Of a DNA stretch of 64,000 nucleotides, positions 61,504 to 64,000 are shown in pieces. The stretch is from Vicinamibacterales bacterium. GTDB taxonomy: Bacteria; Acidobacteriota; Vicinamibacteria; Vicinamibacterales; JAMQPK01. Location: assembly GCA_963762055.1 (NCBI GenBank), contig CAVXJF010000001.1:133466-197465 (forward strand), given 5' to 3'. The first letter of the stretch is position 1. Each line of letters starts with the position of its first letter. Position numbers and translations under genes: made by a program. Below the pieces are notes generated by a model, which was given only the letters and a program-made list of their open reading frames with translations, was not told the origin of the DNA and did not search any database.

Positions 61504-62574
61504 ATGAATTCTGCCGAGCCAAGCTTCAGCGACCAAGAAGTCATCTGGTCTGGAAACGAAGATGTTTCCACAACGCCAGGAGTCGTCTTTGCTTCTAACG
61601 CCATGGTCACGATTCTCGGCACCATTAGGCGCATCGCATCGACTGACATGAGCGTATTGATAACCGGCGAAACGGGTACCGGCAAAGAAGTGATCGCTAG
61701 GACTATTCACGAACAATCCCCACGATCGGCAATGCCCTTTCTAGCTCTTAACTGTGCCGCGGTTCCTAAGGACCTCATTGAAAGCCAATTGTTCGGCTAT
61801 CGCAAGGGTTCGTTTTCCGGTGCTTCGGATAGTTACCAAGGAATCATAAGGAGTGCAAATGGCGGCACTTTATTTCTGGATGAGATAGGCGAGATGCCCT
61901 TCGACATGCAGTCGAAACTCCTTCGATTTCTCGAGATGAACGAAGTTCATCCCATTGGGGAACCGCATCCCATGAAAGTTGACGTCCGTCTTATCTTCGC
62001 GACCAACATTGACCTCGAACAGGCAGTCAGCGCGAATCGGTTCCGACAAGATCTCTTTTATCGCCTTAATGTAATCCCCATCAGGCTGCCGCCCCTGCGG
62101 GATCGTCGAGAGGAAATTCCTGCACTCGCAAACCTTTTCGCACGGCGGTTTGCTTCCGAATTGAGTAGAGAGCCCGTTCGATTTTCGACGAGTGCGATGG
62201 AACGCCTGATATTTCACCACTGGCCGGGGAACATCCGTCAGCTTTCGAACGAAGTGCGCCGCCTGGCGGCATTAGCGGAGTCTGGAGCGTATGTCCAGCC
62301 GGACGATCTTTCCCCGGAGTTCTGTGGTCACAGGCTCGATACCGATAAACCCACGGGAGATCTAGGCCCGCAGATGGCAGTCCGAATCGACCAGCGCCTT
62401 GATAAGGCTACTGAACTGCTTGAAGCCGCGATGATCAAACATGCCCTTCGTCAGTCCAGGGGACACGTAGCAACAGCGGCCGCATCGCTCGGGATCTCGA
62501 GAAAAGGACTGTACTTAAAGCGGGTCCGGCTGGGTCTCGAGGATTTCAACCCGGAAACCAGCCCATCGCCGTAG
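61504..62574 (+). CDS. sigma-54-dependent transcriptional activator (AAA+ plus Fis-type HTH) lacking an N-terminal sensory domain
   Basis: Walker A GETGTGKE (61666-61689); GAFTGA-loop variant GSFSGA (61807-61824); Walker B TLFLDEIGE; RFRQDLFYRLNV; HWPGNIRQL; C-terminal HTH AAASLGISRKGLYLK. Confidence 0.88.
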   Translation: MNSAEPSFSDQEVIWSGNEDVSTTPGVVFASNAMVTILGTIRRIASTDMSVLITGETGTGKEVIARTIHEQSPRSAMPFLALNCAAVPKDLIESQLFGYRKGSFSGASDSYQGIIRSANGGTLFLDEIGEMPFDMQSKLLRFLEMNEVHPIGEPHPMKVDVRLIFATNIDLEQAVSANRFRQDLFYRLNVIPIRLPPLRDRREEIPALANLFARRFASELSREPVRFSTSAMERLIFHHWPGNIRQLSNEVRRLAALAESGAYVQPDDLSPEFCGHRLDTDKPTGDLGPQMAVRIDQRLDKATELLEAAMIKHALRQSRGHVATAAASLGISRKGLYLKRVRLGLEDFNPETSPSP

Positions 62575-62584
62575 ACCGCCGGGC

Positions 62585-62950
62585 TGACCCAGTCCCGAAC
62601 CACCTGCACCGCCACATCAAGGCTGTCCGAAATAATCCCGTCCACTACCCACGTCGAGAAGCCGCCGTATGTCCTTCGGCTCGTCGACGGTCCAGACCTG
62701 CACGGCGATGCCCGCCCTGTGCGCGAGCTCGACGAATCGGGGTAAGACGACGCGTGTGGATCCGCTGGTTTGGTCCCAACAGACATCTGTGCGACCGCTT
62801 GCCGGCCGCACGTTCGGTGCGGCGCGCTTTCCTTGATGAAGTGGCTTGCAGACCCATCATTGTCATCCTCGCGGGCACCGGATAATCCTCTTCGAATCCA
62901 TGCGAGCGAGCAGCTCGTCGATCACTGCCAATACGGAACAAATCGTCGCG
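62585..62950 (-). pseudogene. glycerophosphodiester phosphodiesterase (GDPD) remnant, truncated at both ends and frameshifted
   Basis: Fragments: AVIDELLARMDSKRII..; ..FVELAHRAGIAVQVWTVDEPKDIRRLLDVG; VDGIISDSLDVAVQVV, in different frames. Confidence 0.55.
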
Positions 62951-63857
62951 TGCTCGAGTAGATATCCCCGTCCCGGCCGAAATAAAGTCGCCGTCCATCC
63001 CACGAGAGTGTTGCGCGCGTCTCGCTGCCAGGGCTGTTTACGGCTTCTCCAAGAGTGACCGGAGGTGACCATGGCTTCCAGATGCTTGAGCGCCGGGACA
63101 CGTAGACGTCGAAATTGCCCATCGATGGCGTCCCATTGGCATCGGACGGCCGCAAGGAGCTGAACACCATCTCGAGGCCATCCGATCGCACGTTCGGCAT
63201 GCGGTCGTCCAATTCCGTGTTCACGGCCTCGACCGGGGTGGGCGGCGCAAACGTCCCATCGGTTCGCAGCCGACTTTGATAAATGTCGTGGTTGCCGGTA
63301 ACGGTGCTCGAAAAATAGAGGAAGGTTCCTTCTGCTGTGGTCACGAGCGACGGGCTGAACTCGGCGCCAACGCTGTTCGGTCCGGTGCCGTTTTCGACAC
63401 ACCCCAGATGCCGTGGTTCGCCCCACCCGAACGCGGCGTTGCGGCGAACGATGTACATGTCGCCGCGTCCCGGTCCCGCATCGCAGGTTTCCGTCCCCGC
63501 ACGTTCGGAGACGAACAGCAGATAGCTGCCGTAGATCGGGGTCGGGCAGAAGTCGTTCGCGTCGCTGTTCACCGGCGCATCGAGATGTTTGGGCTCGCCA
63601 AAGGGTTCGCTCTTGCTTGCCCGATCCGCCGCGAAGATGTCATTACCGACGTTGGGGATCCGCATCGACGCGATGTACAAGCTCAACCCGTCGCGCGATT
63701 CGATCGGGCACCCGTCGCTGACCGGGCTGTTCACTTCCAGGACCGGCGTCGCGACAGTCCAGGCCGACCATTCATAATGCGACGCGTACGCGCCGCCGGA
63801 TGCCAGCAAGAGAGCCAAAGCTGCGCTGATGAAACACACTGATCTGATCATTTTCAT
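62922..63857 (-). CDS. secreted TolB-like (PD40/WD40-like) beta-propeller repeat protein
   Basis: MKMIRSVCFISAALALLLASGGAYA signal peptide. Repeated motifs: ESRDGLSLYIAS, GSYLLFVSER, EGTFLYFSS, SDGLEMVFSS, WDGRRLYFGRDGDIY. Confidence 0.75.
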   Translation of the reverse strand: MKMIRSVCFISAALALLLASGGAYASHYEWSAWTVATPVLEVNSPVSDGCPIESRDGLSLYIASMRIPNVGNDIFAADRASKSEPFGEPKHLDAPVNSDANDFCPTPIYGSYLLFVSERAGTETCDAGPGRGDMYIVRRNAAFGWGEPRHLGCVENGTGPNSVGAEFSPSLVTTAEGTFLYFSSTVTGNHDIYQSRLRTDGTFAPPTPVEAVNTELDDRMPNVRSDGLEMVFSSLRPSDANGTPSMGNFDVYVSRRSSIWKPWSPPVTLGEAVNSPGSETRATLSWDGRRLYFGRDGDIYSSTRRFVPYWQ

Positions 63858-64000
63858 GTGCACCTCGAACGGTTTGCTCGTTGCGGGCCACGCGTTCGGC
63901 GTCCGACGCCGCCCGCGACCCTTACCTAGATAGGCGCAAACGGCGAGCCGGAACTAACACGGGGCATCTTGGCAAGGCTAGGCCGGCGCTGTGTTGACCC

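Larger units (their letters stand above)
59028..62580. other. lower-G+C island (probable horizontally acquired or rearranged segment)
   Basis: Base composition changes visibly at both edges. By eye the interior is about 50% G+C against the mid-60s elsewhere; this needs computing. The left edge cuts the S8 gene and the right edge abuts a GDPD remnant. No integrase, transposase or tRNA was seen. Confidence 0.6.

Overview
This is a high-G+C bacterial chromosomal segment. By gene content it is probably Acidobacteriota, which is an inference from several families: a DUF1592/DUF1552 pair, a CarboxypepD_reg-type TonB receptor, a VWFA-related acidobacterial domain protein, TIGR02999/ECF43-like sigma factors next to Ser/Thr kinase-TolB fusions, and secreted DinB proteins. 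Intact housekeeping genes are lpxC, uvrA, mtgA, pcm and a partner-switching pair (a STAS protein with an FHA-GAF-PP2C phosphatase). Other intact genes include a TAXI-binding-protein/histidine-kinase operon, several secreted hydrolases and oxidoreductases, DUF885 and an M48-LysM protease. I saw no rRNA, tRNA or CRISPR array. Four things stand out. (1) A REP-like palindrome family (GTCCGGCTwAAGCCGGAC plus a CACTACGTAC tail) and at least four other families of intergenic hairpins. REP copies split a TPR lipoprotein gene into three ORFs and supply the stop codon of another gene. (2) A roughly 3.9-kb tandem duplication of a module made of a Ser/Thr kinase-TolB propeller, a small secreted HExxH protein and an ECF sigma factor. 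The two copies have decayed to different degrees, and both kinases need a -1 shift at the same T-run. (3) A visibly lower-G+C island at about 59.0-62.6 kb. It carries a GAF-sensor remnant, a 559-aa TPR protein and a sigma-54 activator with no N-terminal sensory domain (GSFSGA loop). It is wedged between a truncated subtilase and a glycerophosphodiesterase remnant, and a sigma-54-like promoter lies upstream of the adjacent HTH-subtilase operon. (4) About 30 frame disruptions are concentrated in roughly 15 accessory genes, while about 30 kb of other genes are intact. This needs read-level verification, because it could be real gene decay or local assembly indels. All function calls come from motif recognition by eye; no database search was run.
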